The notes: generated by a model from the letters alone, not told the origin. 64,000 nucleotides of DNA from Isurus oxyrinchus (GCA_026770705.1 JANJGN010000301.1:434001-498000), one strand, 5' to 3'; shown: positions 39,312 through 53,438, counted from the first letter of the stretch. Numbers and translations: made by a program.

Positions 39312-40789
39312 TAGCAAAACACTCATCGCCCTTCATCCATGGACCTGTTCAATTGTGATTTGTGTCCACCTTTAATGATTAGGGAAGTAGGAAGACATAT
39401 GCGTATTTATGAATTTGCAATCCAACTTTATAAAGGTGGAATTATTAATGTCAATGCGAATGAACATGCTTTGTGTTAGTCAATTAGGCCCACGAGAGGA
39501 CTCAGCCAAATAATCTCACAATTTTTGCAAAAGAGCAACGGCAGAAAATGGAAAATAAGAAACAGACAAGTTATGCTAATAATGAAATCAAAGTAATAAT
39601 ATTCATAATAATCTGACGTAATAATACTTCACCAAAATCATGCAGCAATATTCGGGTAGAAATTAAGGATCATTGTTTTCCGCAGGTTACCACTGGATGG
39701 CGCTCCAGCACTTCAGCTTGCAGAACTGTCAGTTTACCGGTGTCACGGCTCACAGATGGAGATTACAGAAAATATCCTTGTTCCGTGACACTACACTTCA
39801 TAGAATGGCATATTCAGGGCAAGATTTTGTACATAAATTGCAGGTGTTGTGGCAAAGTAGAAATAGACAGTGGACTTTGGCCCAATGGCACCGGATAGTC
39901 AGAAGAAAAGGGCGAGCAATTTCGTAATCTGAATTGTTGGGATATGTTCATCATTTTGTGACAGCAATAACTGTTATTATTGATCACAAATTATTGTACA
40001 TTTCCGTCTCCTTCTGTTTAAGTAACATTTCCTGCATTACAATATCGACTATATTTGAAAATTAGTTGAGACTTAGCGCTTTCTGAGATCCTGAGGATAT
40101 AATATTTGGTTGAAAAGTTGGAGTAAATCTTTTAACAATCTCCGAGTGTGCGCTACCAATTCTGTGTGTCTGTGTCGGTGTGTCTGTGTGTTTGTGTGTA
40201 GATGTGTATGTGTGTGTGTGTCTGTGTGATTGTGTCTGTGTCTGTGAGTGCGTTAAAGTTAACCATGTGCGCATATGTTGCATTATGCATGTTTGCTTAT
40301 TTCGTATGTAGAATACATTTGTCTAAAAAGCACGAAACACATCATCCTGAATATTTGCAAAAGCATGTTACTTGTAATATCACAGTAGACCCTACCTTAT
40401 TTCATACTGTGCAAGGCAATGCCTTGGTTTAATTTACCCACAATCCGTTTTCAATGATGATTGTATTTGAGTGTGTCCCTGTTTACATAATGCAAGCCCC
40501 TTTCTCAGTTTTCAGTGAATTATGTCAACTTTAATATTTGATTAGTTTCTATTTCTTTTATTCACTTATCAGATCTTGACCCTGATACATTAAACCACAT
40601 CAGCTTTGATGAGATTAGATCTTATCCTGTGATCATGTCAGGACATATGTTGGCTCGGTTCATGTTGCGCTGGATAGTTGTTCAGTTCCTATCACGCTAG
40701 GCCGCTCCATGTCGTTGTTTATATTACAACAGACCATGGCATTGTCATTCTGTGTTTCAAACCTCCCGAACCCATCCACAATCTCTCGC

Positions 40790-41345
40790 CAAACATATGA
40801 AAATGCGACCATGGAACTTAGGAGCAGGAGTAGGCCATTCAGCCCTAGGGGACTAATCCACCATTCCATACGTTATATACATATAGTTGATGTGCTTGTG
40901 GTCTCAACTTTACATTCCCGTCTGCGCCTTAAAACCCCTGTCTATCAAAAAATCTGTCTAACTCATGGTGTTAATACAATTTAATTCACCCTTGAACACA
41001 TTTATTGCTCAGCCTCCACTGCCTTCTTGGAAAGGGCACTTCAAATACCAACGACCCTCTGAGAGAAGAACAAATCTCTTCATCTCCATCTTAAAGGTAG
41101 GCCTCTTATTCCTAAACTCTGCCTCCCTAGTTCTGGTCACTCCCACAAGTGTAAACATCCTCTCGGTATCCGCCCTGTCAAGACAAACCACACCACCCCA
41201 CAACGTCGCCACCCACACCCCACCACCCCCCACCCCCCACCCACTCACCGCCACCCTCCGCCTCATGATCCTATATGTTGCAGTAAGATCACCTCTCATT
41301 CTTCTAAAATCCACTGGATATCGATTCAAACTATTCACGATTTTT
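40790..41345 (-). mobile_element. CR1 LINE 3' fragment
   Basis: FRRMRGDLTATYRIM...ERMFTLVGVTRTR. Confidence 0.8.
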
Positions 41346-42265
41346 TAAATAAGATTTGCCCCTCACCGCAAACAATGATGAACAGGTGGATGCCGCTGCA
41401 CAAATTTGTTGCAGCGTTTCTCAAACAAATAAACACTTTTATTCACTGAGAAAGATGGATCGGGTGGCCTGAGGTCGCGAATATCGCAGTTTATAACCAA
41501 AGGTAAAGGGGTGGTCACGGCGTGTATGCCGGATCTCTGAAAGAGCAACCCAGTTAGTTGCAGCTATTTGCTCTTAACAAGATGTCGCCTTAATAGTTGT
41601 TAAATTAACTTTTGAAATTTACGATTCAACGTGCTTCCAGCTCCCTTTCAGGTAGCAGAATCCAGATCATAGTTCACTGCTTAAAAAGAAACACTTCCCA
41701 TCCCATAAAAGTGTTAAGTTGTAAGAGTAACGTTAGTGGAAATTGTGTCTGTGAAGTGGGAGAAAGAAAACAAGAAAGCAAAAACGAAATAAAGATAGAA
41801 AGAGAGAAAGTATAAAAGAAAGAAAGAGAGAAAGAAAGAAAGATAAATAAAGATGAAAAGAAAAGGCCTCATGGTTTCTTAAAGTGCTTTCCTACCAATC
41901 AGGTGTTTTCCCCAGTGTAATGTAGGAACCACATCAGCAAATGTTCACAGAGCAAGATTCCACAAATGTTAAAGGAAAAATAAGCAGGTCGCTGGTTTCA
42001 ATGACGTTAAATGAAAGACAATTATTGTCGGAAGCTGCGGGAAGTTCTTCCTGATCATTGTTGCAACTGCCACCGTGGGGTATTCACATTCCACATGAGA
42101 GGGCAGATACTGTGTTTTCGTATCTCAAACAGGAAGGCAGCAAGTCCGCTAGTTCAATATTCATTCAGAGCCACAGGGGTACTGCCGGCACTGGAGTGTG
42201 GGCCTGACATCTCTCAAGTAAGGGAGCGTCAGCCCAGGACTTTCTGGTTCTGGAGAAAGAGAAAG

Positions 42266-42346
42266 TGAGAGAGAGAGAGAGAGAGAGAAAGAAAGAGGGA
42301 GAGAGAGAGAGAGAGAGAAGTAAGAGAAAAAGAGAGGGGGAGAGAG
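42266..42346. repeat. (GA)n microsatellite
   Basis: Direct reading. Confidence 0.9.
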
Positions 42347-42355
42347 CGACTGCTG

Positions 42356-44883
42356 CTACATACCGAAATGCTGTGTTCGAAGGGAATTAGAGCAAGGATG
42401 TTTTAGGTGTTTTAACTGTTGAAAAGGATCAGTGACCGTGGTGAAGGAACACGTCAGCAACTTCTTCAGCTCCTCCCGGAACTTGCTCTGAGCCATCGCA
42501 AAGATGAAGACATTGTTGGAGGAACTGACTAAATGGAGCATGTTGGTTGTCTCCTGAAGGATGTACTGCGGGTCATTGAAATCCAGGCTGGTGATGTAGC
42601 TCTCTCCTGTGATCCACACGTAGAGGAAATGTCCGAGATAGATGGCCCATAAGAGGAGGAAGCTGAGCAAGATGGCGAAATGCAGGACAATGGACCTCTT
42701 GCGATTGACCATCTGCATTTCTCCATGACTCTCGGCGCCCCGGAGCCTCCTGCGGGCTCTGCTGGCCGTTAAGATGTGCCTTACGGTCAGGGCATTGAGT
42801 AGCAGAATGAGGAGGAACGGGAGGAAAGGAGTTAAGATGTGGTCCAGCCAGTTGTAGGCCTGCCAGGCGGGCAAAGTGTAATAGGTAGGCTTAACCGCAC
42901 AGAACCAGGGCACCCCATCCTGGATGTACAAAGGCTGGTAGGTGAAATAGTAAGGGATGTTCCTCACGCAGCTCAGGGCACTGACCAGTCCTATAACCAG
43001 CAACGCAGTTTTCTCAGTGCAGAATCTGGTCTTCAGACTCTGACAGCAGATGGCCAAAGAAACGGTCGATGGTGAAGGCCACAGTCAGCCAGACTGAGCC
43101 ATCCCAGGTGACAAAGACCAGCAGGTTGCTGAGTGCGCATGCGGGAGTGGTGGAGAGGACACTATCCAAAAAGTAAATGCGACTGATCCGGTTGACGATG
43201 ACGGCGGTGATGATGACCAGGAAATCGCTCACTGCTATCACCACCAGGTAGTAGGTGATACAGTGGGAGAGTCCGCACCATCCTCAGGATAGAATTACGA
43301 TCCCCAGCAAGTTGGCTATAAGAGATCAGGAGAGAGAGATGTTACTGAGCAGACTCCAAACAACAGCTACTGCCTTATCCAACCAGTTACTGGATCCCTC
43401 CTGATCCAACCCTCTGCCAATACCAGACTCCAGCTGTTCCAAAGCCTTTGGTCAGTGTTCAGTATCCAATGCTGTGCGAAACATTTATCAATGCAGACGG
43501 CATTTCAGTCGGTCCCCGCCACAAATTCTGCTCTCTAGCCTTTGAGTCAATCCCAAGGCCTCGCTATTCAAATTAAGATCATCCAAAACATGTGCTTCCA
43601 ATGGTTATTGTCAAAGCAATACCCATCATCCCATTAAGCCTATGCTCACTAACCTGGTTTGGTTATCGGGCAGCAACATCTCAGTTTTAATAAAATCCCC
43701 CTTCCAATTTTGGAATCTCTCCGCTTCCTTGCCTCTCCCAATCCCTGTACAACTACAATTATCTGATATCTCAGTGTACGTCCTATTCTGCTCTCTCGTG
43801 TATCCCTTAAATTAACCTTTCAATTAGGAGTGGTTATACCTGTAGCTGCTGAGGCCTTCATCTCTTTAATTCCCTCTATCAACGGCTCCCTCTCTCATTC
43901 CTTCTTTTGGATGTTCCTTATTATCAAAATCTTTTATCAAACTTTGGGTTAAATATCTCTTCCAGGTGTTTGGTATTAAATGTATTTATTCACGCTCCTG
44001 TGAAGCATCCCACCATACACACTGCAGTGACTGAAGAAACAAGCGCAACCCGGCCTTTCATGTGAGAAATAAAGATGAGCGATAAATGTTGACCTTGCCT
44101 GTTACACCCACACCCTGCGGATTATTAAAACATATCATTGTTCAAAACGTGAAAAACCAACTAGCAAAACGCAAAATGCATAATAGATCTACAATTTCGA
44201 ATTTCCACAATCGTTTCCATTATGAATTGCTAAGGCGAGATTAGCAATCGGGATTGTCCAGTAAACACTCACTGTACTGTAACTATTATATTCTTTCACT
44301 GGTTGAAAAGTACATTAGTGTAATTACTAAACTTATTTTTATATTGCAATTCGTCTAATTATAATGATTTCACTGTAATTCGTTTTCTGATGCTGCCATA
44401 AGATACGTGCATGAAAATATATGTTACTACACTTTGATATGCTATTATTCCGCACAACACTGAAACACCAGATTGTATTTGAATACCTTAAAATAAGTGT
44501 TCAACGATATAACAGGTTAATGTTCATCAAAGTCACACATTACAATTCATATTTCAGCAATCCAATAAACGGTATTTCTTTAAATCAATTGAATATTACC
44601 TTGTAATGCTGCACAATGCAAGTACAGGTTATGCTCTATAATTCACCAACTCACAGTATAATCCCATATAAGGCATCGGAACCCGGCTGAGGCCCATGAC
44701 ACTTTGACAGCACTGAATATTAGAGAAAAACATCATCCCGATCCTGTACGGGACGAGACCATCTTTCTAGGGATTTTCAAAAATAAATAATTTATTTGAG
44801 ATCCATCACTTACCAGGGGCACCAATAACAACGAGAATGGGATACCAAATGGCAAAGAATAGGCCTTTCGCTGGTCCGTGCAT
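42356..44883 (-). pseudogene. Two-exon class A GPCR pseudogene, GPR139/GPR142-like
   Basis: Exon 1 44883-44814 MHGPAKGLFFAIWYPILVVIGAP then gtaagt; exon 2 from 43315 ANLLGIVILS*GWCGLSHCITYYL...AVSDFLVII...SVWLTVAFTIDRF (frameshift) AICCQSLK...PFLLILLLNALTVRHI...SKFREEL. Confidence 0.9.
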
Positions 44884-46599
44884 CGTCTCTCAGAAACGAA
44901 ATGGATTCCCGACACTGTATACTTCAGTTCTGTGAGGTATTCAAAGCGTCCCTCATTTATTCCGAATGAGAGTCTCCAGAGAGACAATTAAGTTACAACA
45001 TGCACCTTAGCTCCAGTTCAGTAAACAAACAGATTAACACAGTTTTCTGCCCCCCATTCGTAACATTGGCAAGGTGGATGATGCCATTAGACACTTGGGC
45101 GAAGAGCAGGCTGCAAATTCTGCAGCGCCCCCTCTCCACAAACCAGCCTTTGCGTCTACATCAAGTGGAGCTGCTGATGGAACATATCGACTTGGGTCCG
45201 ATCTCTAACCAAAACACATCTCTTCCCATGGCTGCCAGTACGCTGGGCGGGGTTTGTGTTTGATAATTTACCACATCTTCACTGCCTCATCCCTCTTGCT
45301 CAAACAATAATACTCGTGTCATGCAAGACAACAGTAGAAAGCCTTTCATATCACAAAATCAGAAAGAGAATTAACGTATGAGAGTGCACAAGAGAAAGTG
45401 GGCGATAAAAGAGAAAGACTGATATAGAGGAAGAAGAAAAACGAAAGGGAAGGGTACAAATATGGAGTATAAATAAACGAAGGAACGAATGACAGAAATC
45501 AAGTAAGAGAGTACCTGGTGTTTGTCATTCTGTGCCCGCTGTTTCTCGCATTACTACACATTAATTCTCGTATGGGAATCGCGAACAAGGCCGGCATTTA
45601 GTGCAAATTTCTCGTTGCCACTGAGAAGGTGGTGGTTAGCAGCCTTCACGATTTACAACAGCTAAAGGTCTACCCACAGTGTCTTTAGCACGGTAGTTAC
45701 AAAATTAGACCCCAGGGACAATGAAGGACCAGCAATATATTTACAAGTTAGAATGTGATTTGGTTTGGAGGGGAAAGCGGCTGTTTCCCCAGGCACCCGC
45801 TGCCCTTCTGAGTGGTTGAGATCATTCTAAAGAAGGCTTTCTGTGTTCCTGCAGCCCATCCTCCAGGCTCCACATACTCCAGCCACGATTGGGAGTCCCT
45901 GGAGATGAGCCACTCGACGCAGACATCGAGCTGTGGCGTGCTATTGTGGGAAGTTCAGTTCAGGATGTAAATGGTGGGGAATTCACTGTAGCCCAGACCA
46001 TTGAATGTCAAGTGGACGTGACGGGCTGCCCCTAATCGAGATAATCAATGTCACCTCAGATAATTGTATTTTACTAAATTGTTGATAAATGGGGTGATTC
46101 GAAAGGTCAGGCAAATGGAATCCTTATCTCGGACCAGATTCTGGCGGAATTAGGCCGGAGAATATACTGAGTTATATTTATTGCTCCTGATTAGTTATTA
46201 GATTAATATAACAATTAAGTTTATACTCGCCTGGGCCCTCCATTTGTTATCACTACACTGCACCATTCTTCTGTTTATATTTCACGAGACTGTGTCTCAC
46301 TTATTCATGCACTAGGCCAGCTCTGCATATAATACGTATTTCCCTGTCGCAGTTATTTCTGCATTACTCTCTGTATACAACACGGGCCTCTTTCTCCGTT
46401 AATATAATACGAAGCACGGCTTCCGTTATTACTGCGGTGGATGAATCATTTGTTTATAACAGAAGAGCTGGTCTAAATTATTCCAGCATTGACTCGTTTC
46501 GTTTCCGGCGGCACCAGATCCTGCCTGAGTTATTTCTGCTGCAGGATATTTCTCGATTTAGATCATTGACGAGTTTGCCTTTAATTTTGCTGTAAAATT

Positions 46600-46690
46600 C
46601 GATTCTGGTGGGATTGGAACGCACAACATTTGAATGCCTGAGTCATCAAAAACTCGAAGCTTAACGCGCTGTCCATTGCACCAAAGAGGG
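46600..46690 (-). pseudogene. Degenerate intron-containing tRNA-Arg(TCT)-like pseudogene
   Basis: ccctctttggtgcaatggacagcgcg...attcaaatgttgtgcgttccaatcccaccagaatcg resembles vertebrate tRNA-Arg-TCT with intron; stems and B-box are mutated. Confidence 0.65.
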
Positions 46691-47529
46691 ACAACACATG
46701 GGCTGTTGTACGATAGTTGAATATATAAGAGTATCTTTATTTTCTTTAGAATAGTTTATATTACATGGGGCCCTGCGCCAGATTTACTGCATAAAAACAT
46801 ATCATTATTCATATTACATCAGATGTTGTGTCGAGATTTATAATACGCTAGACCCTGTGTGTGCTTATATTATACCAGACCATTTCTCTGATTCGATCAC
46901 ACGAGTGTCTGTCTCGTGCAATAGAATTATATGTAAAAGGGGAAATTCGGTCTCTTGGCGAAGAAAAGTCGCCACATTGCAATCGTGCATTGAAAATATC
47001 TGTCAAATGTGATCCATTTCGATTCGCTTACGTTCATTTTAGCAGTTCTTAATATGGCATCAGCAAGTGAATCGCCGCCACAAGAAACTTCAATATAGGT
47101 GTTCACCCCACTCCACCAGCAGAGGCATATTGGTTTCTTTCTTTATTGCCAGTTTCTTGTTAAATAAGTTAACAACTTCCCATTGAAAGCTTCCCAGAAT
47201 TTTTTACCTTAATATTAGCTCTACCGCACTTAATTCTGCTTGACTTCTTACCTCTCATGGTTTGCTCCTAGACAATCCTCTGAGTGAAATTCACTCGGTA
47301 AGTGGACATGGTTGCGGAGAGAATTCTGAGACATTGTCAAGAAATTCGGCTGCCTGTAGCAGAAGATGTTCATCAGGTGGCGACAATGATCTTACTGACA
47401 TTAGAATTGGAGAGAAACCAATTTGTTCAGCACACAGGAGAACGTAATATCACATTCCTATTGCTCAACTTAATTTGAACTGAAAATGTTTCGTCAAAAA
47501 TTATCTGAAGGAGATATACATTTTGAATT

Positions 47530-48220
47530 GATTTGAATCGACATTTTCCAAAGAATGTCACAATCTTGGAACAGGTTGAGAAGAAATTTACGGGAATTGT
47601 ACCAGGGATGAGGGACCTCAATTATATGAAGAGATTAGAGAAACTCGGATTGGCCTTCTTGGAGCAGAGACTGTCAAAGGGTGATATAATAGAGATGTTT
47701 AAATTTACGAAGGCTTTTGACAGAGTTATACCATAAGACCATAAGGCATAGGAGCAGAAATTAGGCCATTCGGCCCATCGAGTCTGCTCCGCCATTCAAT
47801 CATGGCTGATAAGTTTCTCAACCCCATTCCCCCGCCTTCTCCCCGTAACCGTTGATCCCCTTACCAATCAAGAACCTATCTATCAGTTTTTGGTGAGGTA
47901 TTAATTCCACTGGCAGGAGGATCTGTAGACAGAAGAACCAGAGTTGTGGACAATTCGCAAGCGAATATAGAGTGATATTAGATCTTTTCATGGAGCGATT
48001 GGTATGAGCTAGAGTGCACTTCTGGAAAGAGAGATAGAAGCATTTTCATTTGTAACTTTTATAAGGGAAGCTTATATATACTTGGAACTGAAAAAAATGT
48101 GCAGGGCTTTACAGAAAGAGCAGGAGAGTGGAGCTAATTGGAGAGCATTTCATGGAGAGCGGGCACAGTTCTGATGGAATGAACAGTCTCTATCTTTGCT
48201 GTAAGCTTCCATGAGTTTAT
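47530..48220 (+). mobile_element. Old CR1 3' fragment interrupted by a young inverted CR1 3' tail (47733-47885)
   Basis: LEQVEKKFTGIVPGMRDLNYMKRLEKLGL; the insert is near-identical to positions 1-135. Confidence 0.8.
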
Positions 48221-49054
48221 GCATTGAAATTGCATTAATCATTGACCTTGGCGTTGTTATTTTTCTTATTAGAGCAACTGCATTACTGAATGTTATGGTA
48301 AAATTGTAGGTATTACGTTTTACATGAACCCTTTCAGCACTTTAGTAGCTAAAGTGAATTGACTCTGATTTCAAAATCAGCAGATGGTGGATCGCAACTC
48401 AACTTCAGAATCTGAACATAAATAGAGACTTGTAATCGGCGGACCGAAAGGTCATTATCTTTTCCGGATATCATCAACCAATAATCCTATTTCACGCTTT
48501 GACTGTTGAAGTGGGGCCTGCACTATGTCCTGGTCGATATTCCTTCCTTCAACCAAAATAATCAAAGATACATTACTCTGATATGGGAGCCTTTGCTCCA
48601 CCGCTGAAACTTCTGTGCTCAAATCAGAAACGTTTATCTGCGATTAGTTGCATTCTAAATCCATTTTGACCTCCGACAGAGTGTGAGGGGGTGGTAGGTC
48701 AGTGTTTGTTGATCTCATAACGTGACAAACAATAACTTTCATCACCGTTTTCACAATGGTTTGGCGGCAAACTTCGGATCAGTGCTGACAACAAACGCAC
48801 GTGTAGCGATGACAAGGCAGATCTGTCCTGGTGCTATGGAAAACTGTAAACACCTAGTGGCAGCTAAACACTGTTTCCATTCATCGTTCACGAGGATCTG
48901 TTTCTGTTACCACTGCACTGGAGTATGTCACCGTTTGTTTCCGTTGCACTGCATCATATAATGTTTTTATGTTTTACGAAACATTGTAACATTAATTACT
49001 GCACCAAACTACGCCCTCTATTTGATGGAGAAATAATGAGGCAGTTCTACATAA

Positions 49055-49800
49055 AAACTTAAGAAAAAGGAAAAGCTTAGGTTATCCATCCTTCAAGTCT
49101 TCACCACTGCGCAATATATACATGGCTGATCTTCTGCATCAATTCCACAAGCCTGTACTTTCCCTGTATCCTTTCATTCTCTTTGTATCCGAAAGTGTAT
49201 CAATCTTTACCTTTTATATATGTAAACACTGAACAGTCACTGGGGTGCAGAAACCTCTGTCCTAAATGTTCGCCCCATTATTCTGGGAATGTGAACCTCA
49301 ATTCTAGATTCCCCAGCCAGGGTAAATTCCTCCCAGTATCTATTCTATCAATACCCTTAAGAATTTCCATCGAATATGCGCACAGTCGGATTCACCTCCC
49401 CTCATGAGACAAACACCTCATGCCAGGAATCAATCCAGTCAACCTTTGTCACACTCCCTCCAAGACTAGCATATCCTTCCTTAGCTAAGGAGACTAAATC
49501 TGTACAATGTACTCTAGGTAATCTCACCAAGGCCCAATATAATTGCAGAAAGACTGCTTAACATTTGAACTATCATCCAAAGGCTAACGCACCTTATGGT
49601 TCCCGAATTTATTGCTATGGCAGCATGTTAACTTCCTGTGACCTACACAACACACAGCTCCCACTGATTGCCAACATTTCCCAGTCTCTCACAATTCTCA
49701 AAGTCCTGTTCTTTGTTTCAAATTTTCCCTCCTAAAATGTATAATTTCACAATTGGTCAATCTTCTATGGTTTTTCCACTAACGTAATCTGTCGGTTTTC
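49055..49800 (-). mobile_element. Degenerate CR1 3' fragment
   Basis: Similarity to the other CR1 copies in the window. Confidence 0.6.
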
Positions 49801-50489
49801 CTTCTCAAAATGTTAGCGTCCTCCTCATTACTTATTTTTCTAGCTAACTTGTAACATAAATTAACCAGATTCGTTGTAATCTGCGTCCACCCGGTGCCAG
49901 TGGACCATATCTTTGTTTCTTAGTGCAGAACTTGAGAAACCTGTCCAGTTGTACAAATAACAAGAGAAGAATGCAAGAATAGAATTAGCAAAGCACGTTT
50001 TAACTGCAGCGAGATCGGAAGGTAACTTGGAAAACTAATTAGGTCTTGAAAATTGCTGAAAAATGGGAAATGCTGTCGAGGCTTTTGGTCTCGCACTTAG
50101 CATGACAGATTCCTATTGCGTATCTGTCCTGATGAGGGCTAGATGAAAAGCTGCGACAGCATGTCGCTTTTATCAGCAATACCTCCGTTTCTATTACAGT
50201 AGGACTTTTCTATTTAAAAAGGCACTAAACCATGCCGCTCTTTTTTAAAGGAGGTCCTTTCTCAGTTTTTACTGCACCAGACAATGACTCCAATCAAAAG
50301 CACAATACCGCTAATGCTAGAAATCTGAATTAAAGGCAGAAAACGCTGGAATAACTCTGCAGGTCTGTCAGCATCTGTGGAGAGGGAAACAGATTTAATG
50401 TTTCGAGTCCGTAGAGTTTCGAGACCCGCAGAATTTTTCCATTATTTTCTGTCTTTATTTATTATTAAAACCTCCGATAATTTAAGGAC

Positions 50490-51370
50490 AGACCATGCTT
50501 CTGGTAATATTGCACTGAGTCCCCTGGTATTACAGCACGGGACTCGGCTTCTACTTATATCACGCTCGGCCCGGCCTCATTTGCTACTGCACAAGGTTAT
50601 AGCTCTGTTTAATTTACATCCTGCCTTTGTTAGTTGTAAACTAAAGGAATGTCTCTTTGCAGATTATTCCAAGCTTTATCTCAGTTATTATTAAACTGGA
50701 TTCTCTCTCTGTCCATTTTACCCAAGGCTTTTGTCTCACCTCATTTCACGCTAGATCACGTTTCTATTTATATTTCTTGACAATACCGCATTGTTTCATT
50801 TCTACAGACCGTGTCTCAGTTTTGTATTGCACTCGGTCCTGGTACGGATATTACTGCACTAGATCACATATCAGTGCATATTTCACTGGACCCCGTCTCT
50901 GGCCTCTTTGCACTAGCGTCTATCTCATTTCCTTCTGTTCTAGAACATGTGTCTATTTAAATTCAGACAGGCGCTCTCTAAGTTATTACTCCGCTCGATC
51001 ATGTCTCTGTGTGCATGAGAGGAGAAACGGCGTCAATTATTACTGCAGCTGAACATATATCTGTTGACATTAAAGTAGGCCAGGTCTTAGATATTAAGGC
51101 GTTAAATTATGCTTCCGCCATATTACACTAGTGGCTGATTCAGTTACTCGTGCAGTCGTCCATCTCTTGTTTTATGCTAAAGAAGACGCTGTTCCCGTTT
51201 ATATTACGCGAGAACTTGACTCTTCCTATGTTACTCTTGGCCCTGTGTTCGTTATTATTTGACTGGATCGAGCCAGTCTTTATAATACTTGATACCATGC
51301 CTAGTTACTACTATACTAGAATCTATCTCTGTTCATACTACACAAGGTCCCATCTCTGCTAATGTTACAC
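50490..51370. repeat. Degenerate ~27-28 bp minisatellite (approx. ttattactgcactagaccctgtctctg)
   Basis: Recurrent tattactgcac / ctagac units; related tracts at ~46240-46560 and ~46740-46900, and inverted at ~62010-62470. Confidence 0.6.
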
Positions 51371-51746
51371 AGATGCTGATCTGTATATTATTTTCTTTTT
51401 ATTCATTTTTGGGATGTATGCGTCGCTGGATAGGCCAGCATTTATTACCCATCCCTAATTGCCCTTGTTCAGAAGGCATTTAAGAGCTAACCACGTTGCT
51501 ATGGATCTGGAGTCACATGTAGGCCAGTCCAGGTGAGAACAGCAGATTTCCATCCCGAAAGGAAGGAAAGGGCAGTATTGAACCAGATGGGTTTTTACAA
51601 CAATTGTCAATGGTTTCATGGGAGCGATTTTGCAAAAAAAAAAGCAGTTTACCATCCGAGTAATTTAATTGAATGAATTTTTTTTTTATTATTCCATAAT
51701 ACTATAACATATAGATTAACCATCTCCACAAAAAAATAAATCTCAC

Positions 51747-52000
51747 ATGGAAAGGATCTTTCCTCTTGCGGGAAAATCTAGAACTAGGGGTCACTGTTTA
51801 AAAATAACGAGTCTCCCATTTAAAATAGAGATGAGAAGAATATTTTTCTCTCAGAAAGTCGTCGGTCTTTGGAACTCCCTTCCTCAAAGGGCAGGGGAAG
51901 CAGGGTCTTTGAATGTTTTCAAGGCAGAGGTAGATGGATTTTTGATAAACAAGGGAGTGAAAGCCGGGGGTAGGAAGCAGGTTACAGCCAGATCAGACAT
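51747..52000 (+). mobile_element. CR1 LINE 3' fragment
   Basis: FPLAGKSRTRGHCLKI...FFSQKVVGLWNSLP. Confidence 0.85.
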
Positions 52001-52959
52001 GAGCACAGTGAATATCATTGCATTGTCTGTCTGTAATAACCATGTTTAAATGTATGCAGTGTCTATTGATTGGATGGAAGCACCTCATGATCTATGTAGA
52101 AAACTGGAATATGATTGCACTTTTTGCGATGGCCATTTTGGAATGTTTTGTAATGTTCTTTCAGATATTTTATGAACAAAGTATATTTTTCCAAACAGGA
52201 AAATAGCCCGCTTCTTCTCAACTGCCTTTGAAAATCTTTACAAAGAGTCGCCTCTCGAGGGCAGTACCAGTTTACGGTATAAAAACAGAAAATTCTGGAC
52301 ATACTCGGCAGGCCGGGAAGCATCGGTGCAGAGCGAATCACAGTGAAAGTTTCATGTCCGCGACATTTCACCTGAACTCAGTCTGAGGATTTGCTGATTT
52401 CTGGTGAAAGGTCACAGACTGGAACCTTCACTCTGTTTCTGGTTCTATTTCCAGCATTTGCTGTTTGTTATTCGAATTTGGTTAACTTTCTGCTGCTGGA
52501 CACAAGAGAGGAGGGGGTAACATCACCCGCAGGGCAATCGCAAGCGCATTCTTTTAGACAACTATTTGGTCACAACTTGGGACGAGAGTAAATATGCCCA
52601 CATTGCGGACACTCAGTTTAAGGGCGGATTTTGCTTTATAATTATACTAATGTTCCTTAAGAATCTTCACACAACGGTATAAAATAAACACTCAGGATCT
52701 CGGTTCCCTGGGACACAATCAGACAATGAAGCTCCGCACGTAGCAAAGACCTCACTGACCAATTGCCCCCTCAGTCCGACACTCTCTGCCGTGACCGTCA
52801 GTATCTCTGATGAAAGATCCTCTGGATTAGTATTTACTAGACAACCCGCGGCAGCCCTGCCCGTCTCTCCCGTTAGCTGTTCATGCCCCGAGCCGCCTGG
52901 CCCGCCTTGTGCTATCAGAGAGATTGCTGTAGCTCTCCCGGAACTGTAACCAGGAGCGA

Positions 52960-53438
52960 GGTTTTTGTACAGTGACTGCCGCGTTTTGTCTCAGTGTGGA
53001 TCTCAGCTGCACAGTAATAAACCGCGGCATCGGCGTTCCCCGTGTCTACAATAAGCAATTGGCCACGTTTCTCCGACTTGGAAAGATTCAGTTCAAATCG
53101 CCCGCTTCTCTCTTTTCCAGTCGATATCTTACCTTATAAATCTACTCCAGTCCCTGTCCGGATTGCTGTCTGTACCAATGCATCACGTAGAAGTCGGACA
53201 GCTCAGAGCTGCAGTCCATCAGCACCAAATCCCCGCTCTGGACTGTTTTCGAAGCGGGAGATTGAAGCACACGGTCCGAGAGACATCGACCTGGAAAAAT
53301 ATTCAGGGCATGAAACACTGGAACAACGAGATTAATAAAGACAAAACTCACTCTGGGTCATTGGGTCCCTGTCCTGTATCTACCTGTTCGCATCGCCAGG
53401 ATGACGGATAATAGCTTTAACTGCGCGACACAACACAT
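52960..53438 (-). pseudogene. TCR V pseudogene
   Basis: Leader 53438-53384 MCCVAQLKLLSVILAMRT; V exon 53290-52999 DRVLQSP...LMDCSS...HWYRQQSGQGLE* plus frameshift, GRFELNL...ADAAVYYCAAE; RSS cacactg-23-acaaaaacc. Confidence 0.92.

Noticed and set aside
39640-39840. Possible further V remnant
   Set aside because: Only a short acceptor and nonamer-like similarity; cannot be supported.
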